DNA from: Planctomycetota bacterium
Lineage (GTDB): Bacteria; Planctomycetota; UBA8108; SXIK01
Direction: 5' to 3'
DNA length: 64,000 nucleotides
NCBI GenBank assembly: GCA_965223265.1
Contig: OZ244999.1
Coordinates: 4,288,001 to 4,352,000, forward strand
Shown here piece by piece: positions 19,361 to 29,734 of this stretch; within the stretch, counting starts at the first letter, position 1, and every line of letters starts with the position of its first letter. The notes beneath the pieces are model-generated. The model had not been told where the DNA came from. It ran no database searches and worked only from the letters and a program-made list of their open reading frames with translations. A program made the translations under genes and the position numbers.

Positions 19361-21124
19361 TTACTCTGACTGATGAATCGTTTCAAAGTAGGCTTTGACG
19401 CCATCTTTGACGTCTTCTGGAACGTCTTCGCGTTCGACGAACGACTCCACCTGACGACGAAACGAGCGCTCGCTTGCTGCGTTCTTGCGAGTCGACACGC
19501 CGCTGCCGTCCTCAGCCGCCTCAACCGTCGAAATCGATGGGCCGGCACCCTTGGTTCCCTTGAGCTGAGACGTCTCTCCGCTCAGGGATAGCTCGTCGCG
19601 CCGCGCCCTCTCCGTCATGCCGCCCCCTGCTCCCGCCTTCAACCCACCCTTCTGCAAAGATTGGGCGAGAGAGCTGGACTGCGAATTGCAGAGATAGCTC
19701 GAACAACTGCCAAGCTTTTTCCGCAGTTGCCCCAGCCGGTTCGTCGCCTGCTGTTTGGCAGCGAGACGCCGCAGCTGTCTCGTCAGGTTAGAGAGGCCAC
19801 GATTCAGCCCGTTCCTTTTGTTCTGACACTTTGCCAGCGTCTGCGCGTCGCACTGGCCGTTTTTCTTTTCCGATCTTTGAGCTTCGTCCAGAAGGTCGTT
19901 GAGCTCCTGCGCGTCGCGGTCGAGTGACTGCAGCGTGTTTGCCAAATCTTCGAACTCGCTTCGCGACGAATCACTCTGTCCGTGCGGGCTCTGTCCCTGC
20001 GGCGAGCCCGAGTTGTTGCCCTGACTTCGGCTCTGCGCGCCGCTGTTGTTGGCAGGAGCGCTGCTTCGCGCGCTGGCGCCCACGGCTTTCGACGCGCTCT
20101 TTGGAGCTCCGGCGCGCGGCGCCTTGGCGCCGCGGCGCTCCCCTCGGCCGGAGTCTCGCTGGCGCACGCTCTGAGCCGCATAGGCCATGCGCTGAGAAGC
20201 CGCACGCAGACGCGCCAGTTGTTTCTTCTGCTCCGAAAGCGGCTTCGTCGTCTCTGCTGCCTTGTACTTCTCCAAATCTTTCGCGCTCTTGCGATAGTCG
20301 CGCTTCTCGAAAGTCCGACCGAGCTTGCGCGTCTCGGGGCTCTTCATGAGCTCTTCTGCCGCTTTCTTGAGCAAGCGCTCCTGTTTGCGCGTGTCGAGCT
20401 GACGCGAGGCGCGATCAATCTTCTTCTCTAGCCTCGCATATTGCTTCAGTGCACTCTCTTTCAGGCTGGTCTCTTTCAACTCGTCGACCCAGCGACGCAG
20501 CTGGTCTTTTTCGAGCAGAGGTGGCTCATCGTCCTCGGTCGCAGTTTCCTCTTCGCGCTCCACCTCTTCCCGCAAGAACTCATTGATCTCGGTCGTCTTC
20601 GCCAGCGTCACGGTACGCTCTTCGTTCTCCCGCTGAACCGCCGGCGAGTCACCCTTGAAGCCAACCAGAACGGCCACGCTGAGAACCATCCCGGCGTAGA
20701 GGCAAACCCGCAGCGGTGGCGCCCAACGAATCCGCTGCGGCGAGTGAGCGACAAGGCACTCGTCCGTCGCACGCGCCTGGAGCTCGTAGAGGAGGCCATG
20801 CCGCCCCTGCCGGCGAAATCCCTCTGCCGACCGAACGCTATCCTTAAGATCGAAGAAATCGTCGGCGAAACGCCCAGCCTCTTCGTTACTCGCCCGGCCG
20901 AGGCCCCAGACGACGACTGCGACCAGGGCGGTCATCGCGAGGACGATGGGATACCACAGAAGCGGGACGCGATAGCCAGCGAAAACGTACGCGAGCGCGA
21001 TCCCCAAGATCACAGTCCCCCCGACCGCTCCCGACCACGCCACCGCCCTCCACCAACGCTGCCGATTGAGTTGCCGACGCGTGCCGCGGACGAACTCTCG
21101 AACCCTGCGCGACGTCGTGACCAT
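19361..21124 (-). CDS. Membrane-anchored coiled-coil protein, first gene of the MoxR/VWA operon
   Basis: Three N-terminal hydrophobic segments, long charged helices, Q/S/G-rich linker, C-terminal REDVPEDVKDGVKAYF motif. Confidence 0.8.
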   Translation of the reverse strand: MVTTSRRVREFVRGTRRQLNRQRWWRAVAWSGAVGGTVILGIALAYVFAGYRVPLLWYPIVLAMTALVAVVVWGLGRASNEEAGRFADDFFDLKDSVRSAEGFRRQGRHGLLYELQARATDECLVAHSPQRIRWAPPLRVCLYAGMVLSVAVLVGFKGDSPAVQRENEERTVTLAKTTEINEFLREEVEREEETATEDDEPPLLEKDQLRRWVDELKETSLKESALKQYARLEKKIDRASRQLDTRKQERLLKKAAEELMKSPETRKLGRTFEKRDYRKSAKDLEKYKAAETTKPLSEQKKQLARLRAASQRMAYAAQSVRQRDSGRGERRGAKAPRAGAPKSASKAVGASARSSAPANNSGAQSRSQGNNSGSPQGQSPHGQSDSSRSEFEDLANTLQSLDRDAQELNDLLDEAQRSEKKNGQCDAQTLAKCQNKRNGLNRGLSNLTRQLRRLAAKQQATNRLGQLRKKLGSCSSYLCNSQSSSLAQSLQKGGLKAGAGGGMTERARRDELSLSGETSQLKGTKGAGPSISTVEAAEDGSGVSTRKNAASERSFRRQVESFVEREDVPEDVKDGVKAYFETIHQSE

Positions 21125-21307
21125 CAAAACACTCCTAAGCGATGGGTCGACGAGACAATTGCTCAGTCCTTGCGGATCGTGTATCTCAGTTTAACTCGAA
21201 TTTGACTCGGTGATCGTGAAAACTCTCCAAAACCAGGACCCCGCCCCGAACATGACACGCGTTGGGAGCAAAGCGGTCTTCGTAGAGCTGAAAAGTCACC
21301 AGCGCCG

Positions 21308-21523
21308 TCAATCAACTATTTTGTGCAGCTTACTCAAGTCGCCAAGAAGCTCGACAGTGCCGCAGGTAGAACAGATGACCGCCGTCACCCCGACGTTCGC
21401 AGTATCTTTGCTGAGAAACTTAGCATTCTTCGGCCGAAAGTAGAGTCTGCCGGTGGACTGAATCTGTCCCGGCTCAAGATTCTCCGCGCCGCACCGGACA
21501 CATTGTCTCGATTCGTTCGTCAT
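21308..21523 (-). CDS. Small zinc-ribbon-like protein (71 aa)
   Basis: MTNESRQCVRC...ICSTCGTVEL has two CxxC pairs; GGAGG lies upstream. Confidence 0.7.
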   Translation of the reverse strand: MTNESRQCVRCGAENLEPGQIQSTGRLYFRPKNAKFLSKDTANVGVTAVICSTCGTVELLGDLSKLHKIVD

Positions 21524-21581
21524 CAGGAAACCCCTCCTACGCGGTACCGCGGTACCAATTGAACGCTTGAGATAGAACGGA

Positions 21582-21605
21582 CGGCACACCGAGTATTCCT
21601 GCTAC
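21582..21605 (-). repeat. Degenerate GTAG-type REP hairpin
   Basis: CGGCACACCGAGTATTCCTGCTAC has 3 mismatches to the 37972 copy. Confidence 0.65.
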
Positions 21606-21837
21606 TTTGGCGAGCCGACTGTCCAACTCGGGGTCGGACTCACGACACACGAGTCATCGTAATAGCCCCCGAACTGTTTCTCAACGTGCACAGTTCGGCC
21701 GAATCAAGACCGCGATCGTTTACCCGCCCACCGGCGCGGTCGCTTGCATCCGCTCCAGTCGCCAGCGAGAATACGCACCGCCACCGTCTGATCGCTCAGA
21801 CGGGAGGAACTGGGAGATGCAGCAGCGTGAGAACTCA

Positions 21838-23535
21838 ATGGGCGCCATGCACATGACCGGCGGTGAAGCGGTCGCTCGTTCCCTCGTTGCTCACGGCGTC
21901 GACACGGTGTTCGGCATCCCCGGCGCTCACAACCTGGCGCTCTACGATGCCCTTTGCGACGTGCCGGCGATCCGGCACATCGTCGCCCGCCATGAACAGG
22001 GTGCTGCGTTCATGGCTGACGGCTACGCCCGCACCAGCGGCGGCATCGGAGTCTGCCTGACAACGAGCGGCCCAGCAGCCCTCAACACGATCGCGTCGCT
22101 GGGAACGGCGTTCAGTGACTCAGTGCCGGTACTGTGCATCGCCAGCCAGATCCCGTCCGCCGGAATCGGCCGCGAGAAAGGATACCTCCACGAGTGTCGT
22201 GATCAGCTCGCTTGCTTTCGGCCGGTGACAAAGTGGTGCGCACGCGCCGACACGGTGGAGTCGATCCCGGCGCTTCTGCGTGACGCCTTCGAGCAATCTC
22301 GTCGAGACCGCCCGCGACCGGTTGCCGTGGAGATTCCTTGCGACGTGCTCGACGCTAGCGGCGACATGGCGATTCCGGCGCCGGCAACACTTGCGCGCAA
22401 GCAACCTCCAGCCGCCGAGATCGCACGCGCCGCCGAGCTCCTGCGGTCCGCGCGTCGGCCAGTGATCTGGGCCGGCGGCGGCGTCCTCACCAGCGAGGCG
22501 TGGAACGACTTGCAGCGTCTCGCCGAACATCTCAGGGCGCCGGTCTTCACAACGGTACTCGGCAAAGACGCGATCGCCGGCGACCACCCTCTCGCCGCGG
22601 GCTGCTGCATACTGCATTCGATCGGTCGTGAATACATCGACAGTTGCGATGCCATGCTCGCCATTGGTACACGGTTTACCGAGGAAGAGACCGATCGCTG
22701 GACGCTGCGCCTACCCCAAAGCTTGATCCACATCGACGTCGACCCCGAAGAGCTTGGACGCAACTACGAACCGACTGTTGCCATCGCTGGCGACGCCCGC
22801 GTGTCACTCGCGGCGATCGCCGCACGCCTGGGCGATACAGCGGACGACGATGTTGATCGCGCGAGCGAAATCGTCGCTACCCACGACCGCTCGCGCGAAG
22901 TGGCCGACCTGGGGCAACGCATCGCCCTTGACTTACGCGCGCGTGCCCCGGACGGCGTCCAGCTCGTCGAGACGCTCCGCGCGATGCTGCCGCGTGAGTC
23001 GATCGTCGTGAGCGACCTCACCGTCGCAGCCTACTGGTGTCGGCGCCTGCTCGACCTCTACGAGCCACGCACGAACGTCTACCCGTGGGGATTCTGCACG
23101 CTCGGCTTTGGTCTCCCGGCGGCGCTCGGTGCCAAAGCAGCACGGCCGGATCGCCCTGTCGTCCTCCTCTCGGGCGATGGCGGCTTTCTCTTCAACTGCC
23201 AAGAGCTGGCCGTCGCCGTGCAGTCGAACCTGCCGCTCACTGTGCTCATTTTCAACGACAACGCGTACGGCGTCTTGCGCCGCCAGCAGGAGGTGCTTTA
23301 TGGCCGCACGCATGCTGCAGAGCTGGTGAACCCCGATTTCGTCGCGCTAGCGCGCGCATTCGGAGTCGATGCTCGCAGGGTCGCTTCCCTCGAGGAGCTG
23401 GGCGAAGCCGTCTCGGAAGCTGTGACAGCGGCGCGAACAACCGTGATTGAAGCGGTGATGCCGATTCCGTGGCAGGCGATGGACCCTTCGGCACAGGTCT
23501 TCGCGCCGAGTGGAACTGAAACGACTCGACACTAG
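21838..23535 (+). CDS. Thiamine-diphosphate-dependent enzyme (acetolactate synthase-like family)
   Basis: VFGIPGAHN, RHEQGAAFMADGYAR and the GDGGF...NDNAYG ThDP motif. Start could be ATG 21838, 21847 or 21853. Confidence 0.92.
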   Translation: MGAMHMTGGEAVARSLVAHGVDTVFGIPGAHNLALYDALCDVPAIRHIVARHEQGAAFMADGYARTSGGIGVCLTTSGPAALNTIASLGTAFSDSVPVLCIASQIPSAGIGREKGYLHECRDQLACFRPVTKWCARADTVESIPALLRDAFEQSRRDRPRPVAVEIPCDVLDASGDMAIPAPATLARKQPPAAEIARAAELLRSARRPVIWAGGGVLTSEAWNDLQRLAEHLRAPVFTTVLGKDAIAGDHPLAAGCCILHSIGREYIDSCDAMLAIGTRFTEEETDRWTLRLPQSLIHIDVDPEELGRNYEPTVAIAGDARVSLAAIAARLGDTADDDVDRASEIVATHDRSREVADLGQRIALDLRARAPDGVQLVETLRAMLPRESIVVSDLTVAAYWCRRLLDLYEPRTNVYPWGFCTLGFGLPAALGAKAARPDRPVVLLSGDGGFLFNCQELAVAVQSNLPLTVLIFNDNAYGVLRRQQEVLYGRTHAAELVNPDFVALARAFGVDARRVASLEELGEAVSEAVTAARTTVIEAVMPIPWQAMDPSAQVFAPSGTETTRH

Positions 23536-23649
23536 CGCTAGCCTGGACTCAAAGTCCCATGCTACGTCGATTGGCGATCGATCCGACGTGTAGTTACGAT
23601 ACTTGTGCGTTTTCCGAGTTTTCGGCGACCGACCGCAGGTGTCGCTCCG

Positions 23650-24036
23650 ATGCAGAATCAAGCGCATGGCTCTCCGTCCGAATTCGACTGGGACGATCTC
23701 CAAGAATGGGTCCTCCGCGAGTCGTTTAACTCGGTAACGGCTGCAGAGGCCGTGATCCTGGTTGGCCTCCTTCACACTTGCCGGATCTATCTCTCATCCG
23801 AGCTGAGAGCGAAGGCGACCCAAGCAGGCGAAACGGTTCCTCTCTTCGTCCATCCCCTGACGCTGGAGGACAGCGAGTCGCTTGTCACATTCCTTTTCGG
23901 GCAGCAGCCTCATCTCCGACAGCGCTTCGAGAACGACTGGGCCGAGTTGCGGCACTCGGAGCGCGCTCAAAGACTGCGGGGTCGACTCGAAGAGCATCGA
24001 CTCGTCGAATCGATGGTTGACCTCCCGGTACCTTGA
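23650..24036 (+). CDS. Hypothetical protein
   Basis: Fills the gap between co-oriented genes with normal composition; no motif recognised. Confidence 0.5.
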   Translation: MQNQAHGSPSEFDWDDLQEWVLRESFNSVTAAEAVILVGLLHTCRIYLSSELRAKATQAGETVPLFVHPLTLEDSESLVTFLFGQQPHLRQRFENDWAELRHSERAQRLRGRLEEHRLVESMVDLPVP

Positions 24037-24163
24037 GGTGCCGAGTTCGCAGCGCGCCCTCGACGTTTCGACGTTTCCCGTTGCGTGGACTTTTCGACTC
24101 GACACGCTACAATCCGGGCGTTCGTACAATCTGTGGTTCCGCGCCGTGGAGTAAAATCGATTC

Positions 24164-25132
24164 ATGAGTCACGTCTCTCGCCGTAACTGGCTCAAACGAA
24201 CAGCGCTGGCGAGCGTCGCCGTGGCGCTGGGCTGCGAATCGACGCGATCTGGTGCGCGTGAACGACGCAACCCGGCATGGAAAACAGCGATCGGGCTCAA
24301 CGGCTTTGGATCGTCGGCTTCCAAGTACAAGAAGAGGTTCCCCATCTGGGAAGTCCTCGATTTCGCAGCCGACGCTGGTTTCGACGGCATCGAACTCATG
24401 GGCGGCTGGCCCCAGGGCAACTATCCCACTGCCGACGAGACCCAACGCGTGCGTGCGCTACGTCGCCTCTATGACCTTTATGGCTTGCAGATTTTTTCGC
24501 TGCAGACGGGAGCCGACCGAGCCTTCGATCCGTCCGCGGAGAAACGCCGCGAATGGATCATTCGTATGCGAGACCATATCGCTCTCGCTAAAGCGCTCGG
24601 ATGCGACTGCATCGGCATGTGGCCCTACGGCGGACTGCGCGGCCAAACCATCGATCGGGCCATAGCTCATCTCGCGAGCTCACTACGTGAAGTGGCGAAG
24701 ATAGCCGACGACCACGGCATCGTTTCCGCATTCGAAATCGAACCGCCCTTCGCGTTCAACTCCGAGCAACACCTGCTGCAGATTCTCGAGATCGCCAACG
24801 ATGAACGCGTGAAAACGATCTACGACCCGAGTCACTTCGATCTGATGAACGGGTCGACGGGGCGGCCGCACGAAATGCTCCAGCGCATCGGCGTCCAGCA
24901 CATCGGCTATGTGCACTTCACGGACACCGACGGCACGCTCCGACCGGGAGAGACCTCGAAGCATCTTCCGGCAGGCGATGGCCACGTCGACATTCCGGCC
25001 ACCTTCCAGACGCTTCACGCGGGCGGTTTTCGCGGTTGGGTGATGGTCGATGCCTGGCAGATTCCGGATCCGTACGATGCTGGCCGAAAGGGCATCCGCG
25101 CGATTCGAGATGCGTCCACACATTTGGGTTAG
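24164..25132 (+). CDS. Tat-exported sugar phosphate isomerase/epimerase (xylose isomerase-like TIM barrel)
   Basis: SRRNWL twin-arginine signal; GFDGIEL, FEIEP, YDPSH, YVHFTD and GDGHVD motifs. Confidence 0.9.
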   Translation: MSHVSRRNWLKRTALASVAVALGCESTRSGARERRNPAWKTAIGLNGFGSSASKYKKRFPIWEVLDFAADAGFDGIELMGGWPQGNYPTADETQRVRALRRLYDLYGLQIFSLQTGADRAFDPSAEKRREWIIRMRDHIALAKALGCDCIGMWPYGGLRGQTIDRAIAHLASSLREVAKIADDHGIVSAFEIEPPFAFNSEQHLLQILEIANDERVKTIYDPSHFDLMNGSTGRPHEMLQRIGVQHIGYVHFTDTDGTLRPGETSKHLPAGDGHVDIPATFQTLHAGGFRGWVMVDAWQIPDPYDAGRKGIRAIRDASTHLG

Positions 25133-25202
25133 TGAGCTATCACTCTTGGATTACTGCTCGAGGTGCGAAGCGCCTTGACGCTAAGAGTCTGAGGATCTCG
25201 AC

Positions 25203-25829
25203 ATGGACCCGACGGCACGGCAACTGAAACATGCGTGTTTCACCGGAGACCTGAGCAGCGTGCGACGTCTCCTCGACGCAGGCGCTGACCCTAATTCTAC
25301 TGACGAACATGGATCCGGCACCTTGCTCACCTTTCATCCGGCCGTCATCGAGTGCCTCCTTGCCCTGGGAGCTGACCCGAACATTCAGACCAACGAGAAC
25401 GGCGCCTCGGTCGTCGCAGGACTCGCCTACGTCAACAAGCTCGAATGCGTCCGCCTTCTGCTCTGCGCTGGAGCGGATGCGAACCGAGGGCGCGACGCCT
25501 CCGGCGAAACGCCTTTGCATCATGCGCTCACGACTCGCGAACCCGATCGGCTCCTGCTCGTGAAACTTCTGCTTGACCACGGGGCCGACCCAAATGCAAA
25601 AACGAAACCCGGAGTGAAGAGTTACAACTTTTGGCGAGACGTCAACACGCGAGGTGAGACGCCGCTGCATCGAGCCGCAGCCTATTCGCCAACCGACACG
25701 ATCGAATGCTTGTTAGCGGCCGGTGCCGACAGATCCATACGAGACGTCAACGGCGACTCGCCGCTCAGTTGGGCAAGTTGGCATTTGCGAGATCGTGTGG
25801 CCTTGCATCTGCTCCGCGCACGGAAGTGA
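25203..25829 (+). CDS. Ankyrin repeat protein
   Basis: GETPLHHA, GETPLHRAA, GDSPLSWA and LLDAGADPN repeats. Confidence 0.93.
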   Translation: MDPTARQLKHACFTGDLSSVRRLLDAGADPNSTDEHGSGTLLTFHPAVIECLLALGADPNIQTNENGASVVAGLAYVNKLECVRLLLCAGADANRGRDASGETPLHHALTTREPDRLLLVKLLLDHGADPNAKTKPGVKSYNFWRDVNTRGETPLHRAAAYSPTDTIECLLAAGADRSIRDVNGDSPLSWASWHLRDRVALHLLRARK

Positions 25830-25967
25830 GAGATCCTGTCCGCCGACCTCGCCGCGGAGCGCGCGAATTCGTATCGTCAACGCTTTTCCTGCAGCGAGCC
25901 GCGCTGGCTCCCATTCCTGGAGAATTCCGATGACAGAAGGAGTGCCGACAGGAAGCATGTAGGGCGA

Positions 25968-26876
25968 TCAAAACTGACGCGCACGGGCGAATTCGACCCG
26001 CCCGCCGAGTTCTTTCAGCGCGTCGATTTCACCGGCGCCACCACCGCGCAGCGGATTGCCTGAGAGATAGACGCGCCAAAATGGTGCGAACCGCTGGTTC
26101 CCCTCGCTGTCCTTCTTCGCCGCTTCGACGAGGACTGCGATGTCCTGGACGCGGTTACTCTGGAGCATCAGGTAACGAAGCTCAGTGTAGTTGCGAAGAA
26201 ACGAAAGATCCTCGACGCGGTTGTTTCGTAGCGACAGGGTCGAAAGCCGCTTCAGATGTCGGAGTGGCTGACCATCCTTAATGCCGTTACCGTCGAGGTA
26301 GAGCGACCAGAGCTTCGACAGCTTCTTGAGGGGTTTGAGATCGGTGACTGCGTTGTGTGACAAGTAGAGCGTCGTCAGATTCATCAATCCCGCGAGGGGC
26401 GCAGCATCAGTGATGTCGTTGCCGGAGAGATCGAGATACTGAAGCGCTTTCAGTTTTGCGAGGGGCGCGACATCCTTAAGTTTGTTGCTGGCGACGTTGA
26501 GAGATTGCACGAGCTCAAGTCCCGCGAGCGGCGTTAAGTCTTTTACCTCGTTCCCTTCAAGGTCGAGCAGCCGCAAGCTGCGACAGTGCTCGAGGCCCGA
26601 TAGATCTCGGATGCCCTTCTTCTTCGCCTCGATCGTTGAGATGTCGCGGACGTCTGCTGCGACTATGGGCTCGTCGTTGTTTTTCTTCTCGAAGACGTAT
26701 CGCCGCACCGCGGCTTCTAGATTCTTGTCGGCAAAGATGCTCTCTGCCTTCTCCTTCGTCGCGTCGGCTTTCTCCTCTTTCTTGCCGTCGGCACCGTCGA
26801 TCGGGACGGTCCACAAGCCTAAAAGGACTAGAACGCCGCACGTCGCACCAATGCGTGTCGCCGTCAACGAGCTCAT
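25968..26876 (-). CDS. Secreted internalin-like leucine-rich repeat protein
   Basis: Signal peptide, FADKNLEAAVR cap and 22-aa LxxLxLxxNxxxDxxPL repeats. Confidence 0.92.
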   Translation of the reverse strand: MSSLTATRIGATCGVLVLLGLWTVPIDGADGKKEEKADATKEKAESIFADKNLEAAVRRYVFEKKNNDEPIVAADVRDISTIEAKKKGIRDLSGLEHCRSLRLLDLEGNEVKDLTPLAGLELVQSLNVASNKLKDVAPLAKLKALQYLDLSGNDITDAAPLAGLMNLTTLYLSHNAVTDLKPLKKLSKLWSLYLDGNGIKDGQPLRHLKRLSTLSLRNNRVEDLSFLRNYTELRYLMLQSNRVQDIAVLVEAAKKDSEGNQRFAPFWRVYLSGNPLRGGGAGEIDALKELGGRVEFARARQF

Positions 26877-27088
26877 CGCGATCTCCTACTCATTGCTTCT
26901 GTTGATCTCCCTCCAAGATGCGCGCTGGTCGGCTCTCACGCAAGCGCTTTCAAACGTCCGTTCGGGTCACAGATTCTCGCTCAGGTGGGTACTGTAGCCC
27001 ACCCGAATCGGCGCACGGACCATGCCAAGGCGTCAAATCGCCCCACCCGCTGGGCTCATGCCGAAATCTCGCTGCAATCTACGCTTAA

Positions 27089-27247
27089 CAGCCTGTTGAA
27101 AAAGTGCTTCGAGCTGAAAACTGGTCGCTTCGCGTCCAGATCGGCCGCGGCGAACGCAGGTAATCTCCGAGATTTTCGAGGCTCGCCGCGGCTGATCTGG
27201 GCGTGAAGAGGCCGGTTTCTCAGCCGAATGACTTTTTCAACGGGCTG
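27089..27247 (+). mobile_element. MITE, 159 bp, TTAA target duplication
   Basis: TIRs CAGCCTGTTGAAAAAGT and ACTTTTTCAACGGGCTG; TTAA at 27085-88 and 27248-51. Confidence 0.9.
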
Positions 27248-27361
27248 TTAACGGTAATCTTCGCTTGACGGTGCGAACACCGTCCAGTCTGCTCGCATCC
27301 ATGGTCGGCCGAGCAGGAAGGTGTTCCCCGACGACTACGTAGAAAACCAGGAAGGATTGCC

Positions 27362-28492
27362 ATGAATCGCTCCACGTCAGATCGCCGCGAATTTATCTGC
27401 ACGACCCTGTCGTCCGGCCTCGGATTGACACTCGCCAGCGTCGGCTCCACCGCGGCCGCGCCACGACGAGAGAGCATCGCCGTCGGTGTCATCACACAGG
27501 CCGACGGCGCCCACCTCGGCGCCTATTTCGCGGCGCTCGCGCAGACCCCGGAGACGCAAGAAGTTTCGCTCTACGACCCCAGCGGCAACAGTGTGGAAGA
27601 CGCAAAGCGCCGGCTCGGGGCGAAACTAAAGGCGGTGCACCGCACTCAGGAAGAGCTGCTGGGCTCGAAGCCAGCGATGGTACTTGTCAGCCTCGAAGCT
27701 CGAGCCGCGCCCGCCGCCATCGACGCGGCGCTTGACGCAGGCTGCCACGTCTTCGCCGAGAAGCCCGCGTGTGTGCGCGCCGAGGATTTCGCAGCGCTGG
27801 TGAGCAAGGCTACGGCTGGAAAACGACACCTCATGCTCGCCTTCGCGAATCGCATTCTGCCTCGCGTCAGCAAGGCACGTGAGCTCATCTCGAGTGGCGC
27901 CATTGGCAAGATCTACGGAGTCGAAGCCCACATCATCGCCGATCAGACGCGGTTGAAGAATCCCGCGTATCGTCAGAAGTGGTACGCCATCAAAGCGCGC
28001 GCCGGGGGTGGCCACTTGAGCTGGCTTGGGATCCACTGGCTCGATATGATTTCTCACATCACGGGGCTGACGGTCGAGCAAGTGACGGGATTCGCCGGTG
28101 TCGTCGGCGGCCAGCCCATCGACGTTGAAGATTCCGCTGTCGTAGCACTCAAATTCTCGAGCGGTGCGTTCGGCACCTTGACGTCCGGGTACTATCTCGA
28201 TAAGCGCTACCACTCGCACGTGAAAGTCTGGGGCGCCGACGGTTGGCTCGACCTCGCTCCGATCGAAAAGAAGCTGACGTGGTACAACCCGGAGCACTCA
28301 CCCGACGCCCAAAACGTCGAGGTCGAGGAACGCCCGGGGGGATACACGCCATTCGTTCGCAAATGCGTTCGCGCAAGCGCCGGACTCGAGGCGCCGCCGA
28401 TCACCGGAGCGGAAGGTCTCGCGGTGCTGCGGACGATTTTCGCTTTCTACGAAGCGGCGGAGACTGGGCAGGCGCAACGAGTCAAGGCATAG
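27362..28492 (+). CDS. Gfo/Idh/MocA oxidoreductase with Tat signal
   Basis: DRREF signal; HVFAEKP, GGGHLSWLGIHWLD and VEDSA motifs. Confidence 0.92.
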   Translation: MNRSTSDRREFICTTLSSGLGLTLASVGSTAAAPRRESIAVGVITQADGAHLGAYFAALAQTPETQEVSLYDPSGNSVEDAKRRLGAKLKAVHRTQEELLGSKPAMVLVSLEARAAPAAIDAALDAGCHVFAEKPACVRAEDFAALVSKATAGKRHLMLAFANRILPRVSKARELISSGAIGKIYGVEAHIIADQTRLKNPAYRQKWYAIKARAGGGHLSWLGIHWLDMISHITGLTVEQVTGFAGVVGGQPIDVEDSAVVALKFSSGAFGTLTSGYYLDKRYHSHVKVWGADGWLDLAPIEKKLTWYNPEHSPDAQNVEVEERPGGYTPFVRKCVRASAGLEAPPITGAEGLAVLRTIFAFYEAAETGQAQRVKA

Positions 28493-28637
28493 GCCTCGAG
28501 GTCGTCCACAACCCTCGTCGACAAGTCGTCGTCACACACAACGATTGTGCGTACTGAAAACGCCCCCGGAAGCGCCACGAAAAAGGCGATCCGGAGGCGT
28601 CGTCAGGCGAGCGGTGCCGTTCGTACACCCCGTTTGG

Positions 28638-29582
28638 CTACGGGGTGCAGTCCGGACAGCTCGGATTCTGTGGGCAGCCCTCAAAGTACGTGCATGTCGT
28701 GCCGTTGATCGGCGCTGCGCCGGCTCCAAACATCCAGTTGAGAAACCAAATCACGTCACTAATGTCGAGAGCGTAATCGCCATTGGAATCGAACATCTGA
28801 ATGTTTCTCGGGTCGCCGCTCGTGCCGTCCCCGCATGGAAGCGCACCGATGCCAACGACCATATGGTTGAGAAGACCAACCGGATCACTGATGTCGAGGC
28901 CGCCGTCTTGGTTCATGTCGTTCGGCAGTTGATTCCTGCACCCAGAGTTGCACGCCGACTGAGGATAGGAGCCGCAGGTGAGCGTTCCGGGAGTCGGATC
29001 GGGCCCGCATACGAGCGCGCCCGGCGCTGGAGGTGGCGTGCCGCCGATGCAGAACGCCTGGATAAAAGCGACGTCGGAAATCGTCACCGCGTCGTCGTCG
29101 TTGGCGTCCGCCGCAAGCATACAGAGCGGTGCAGGTCCGGTCGATGTCAAGTAGTTCGCGATGAAGATCGCGTCGTCGGAGCTGACGCAGCCGTCCTGGT
29201 TGGCATCGCCGCGCTTGAAGAGCGGACATGGACTCGGATACGACACGCACGCAAGCGCGGACGCCCCTGGCCCACACACGGGAAACGGGGCGACCGGCAA
29301 GGGACCTCCTGTAATCGCGTAGTTGAGCAGGTCAATGGCGTCGGGGATGTTCACTGCGTTGTCGCCGTTGACATCCTGTGCGGACTGACAGTCGCAGCCA
29401 GCGGGTAGCGAGGCGGTACTTGTGAGATGCCGCAACAGATCCACCGCGTCGATAAAGTTCACCGCGCCGTTACAGTTGACGTCACCGGTGAGATAGTCCT
29501 GCGCCGTCGCACCGGAGGAGAACAAGCAGCCCGCCGTGAGCGCGAGGCAGGCAACGATCTGATGGGGTCGAAGAGCGATCAT
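28638..29582 (-). CDS. Secreted Cys-rich protein made of three dockerin-like (paired EF-hand) modules
   Basis: GGAGG RBS and signal peptide; GDVNCNGAVNFID/DVNGDNAVNIPD, RGDANQDGCVSSDD/DANDDDAVTISD and NDMNQDGGLDISD/DSNGDYALDISD loop pairs. Confidence 0.85.
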   Translation of the reverse strand: MIALRPHQIVACLALTAGCLFSSGATAQDYLTGDVNCNGAVNFIDAVDLLRHLTSTASLPAGCDCQSAQDVNGDNAVNIPDAIDLLNYAITGGPLPVAPFPVCGPGASALACVSYPSPCPLFKRGDANQDGCVSSDDAIFIANYLTSTGPAPLCMLAADANDDDAVTISDVAFIQAFCIGGTPPPAPGALVCGPDPTPGTLTCGSYPQSACNSGCRNQLPNDMNQDGGLDISDPVGLLNHMVVGIGALPCGDGTSGDPRNIQMFDSNGDYALDISDVIWFLNWMFGAGAAPINGTTCTYFEGCPQNPSCPDCTP

Positions 29583-29734
29583 GGCAACCTCCTGAGAATC
29601 TTTGGTTCAACCGTTCGGAAGCGAACGGCTCTACAGGAGGAAGCGTCAGAATCGCCGCAGGCTGCCCCGGAAACTCACGTCAACCAGAAGAGACGGGCGT
29701 TGGACACGGAGTCATTCGCCATTTTGGCGTGCGT

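Noticed and set aside
26984-27004. GGTGGG-TACTGTAG-CCCACC hairpin as another REP class
   Set aside because: Single short copy with no flanking GTAG.
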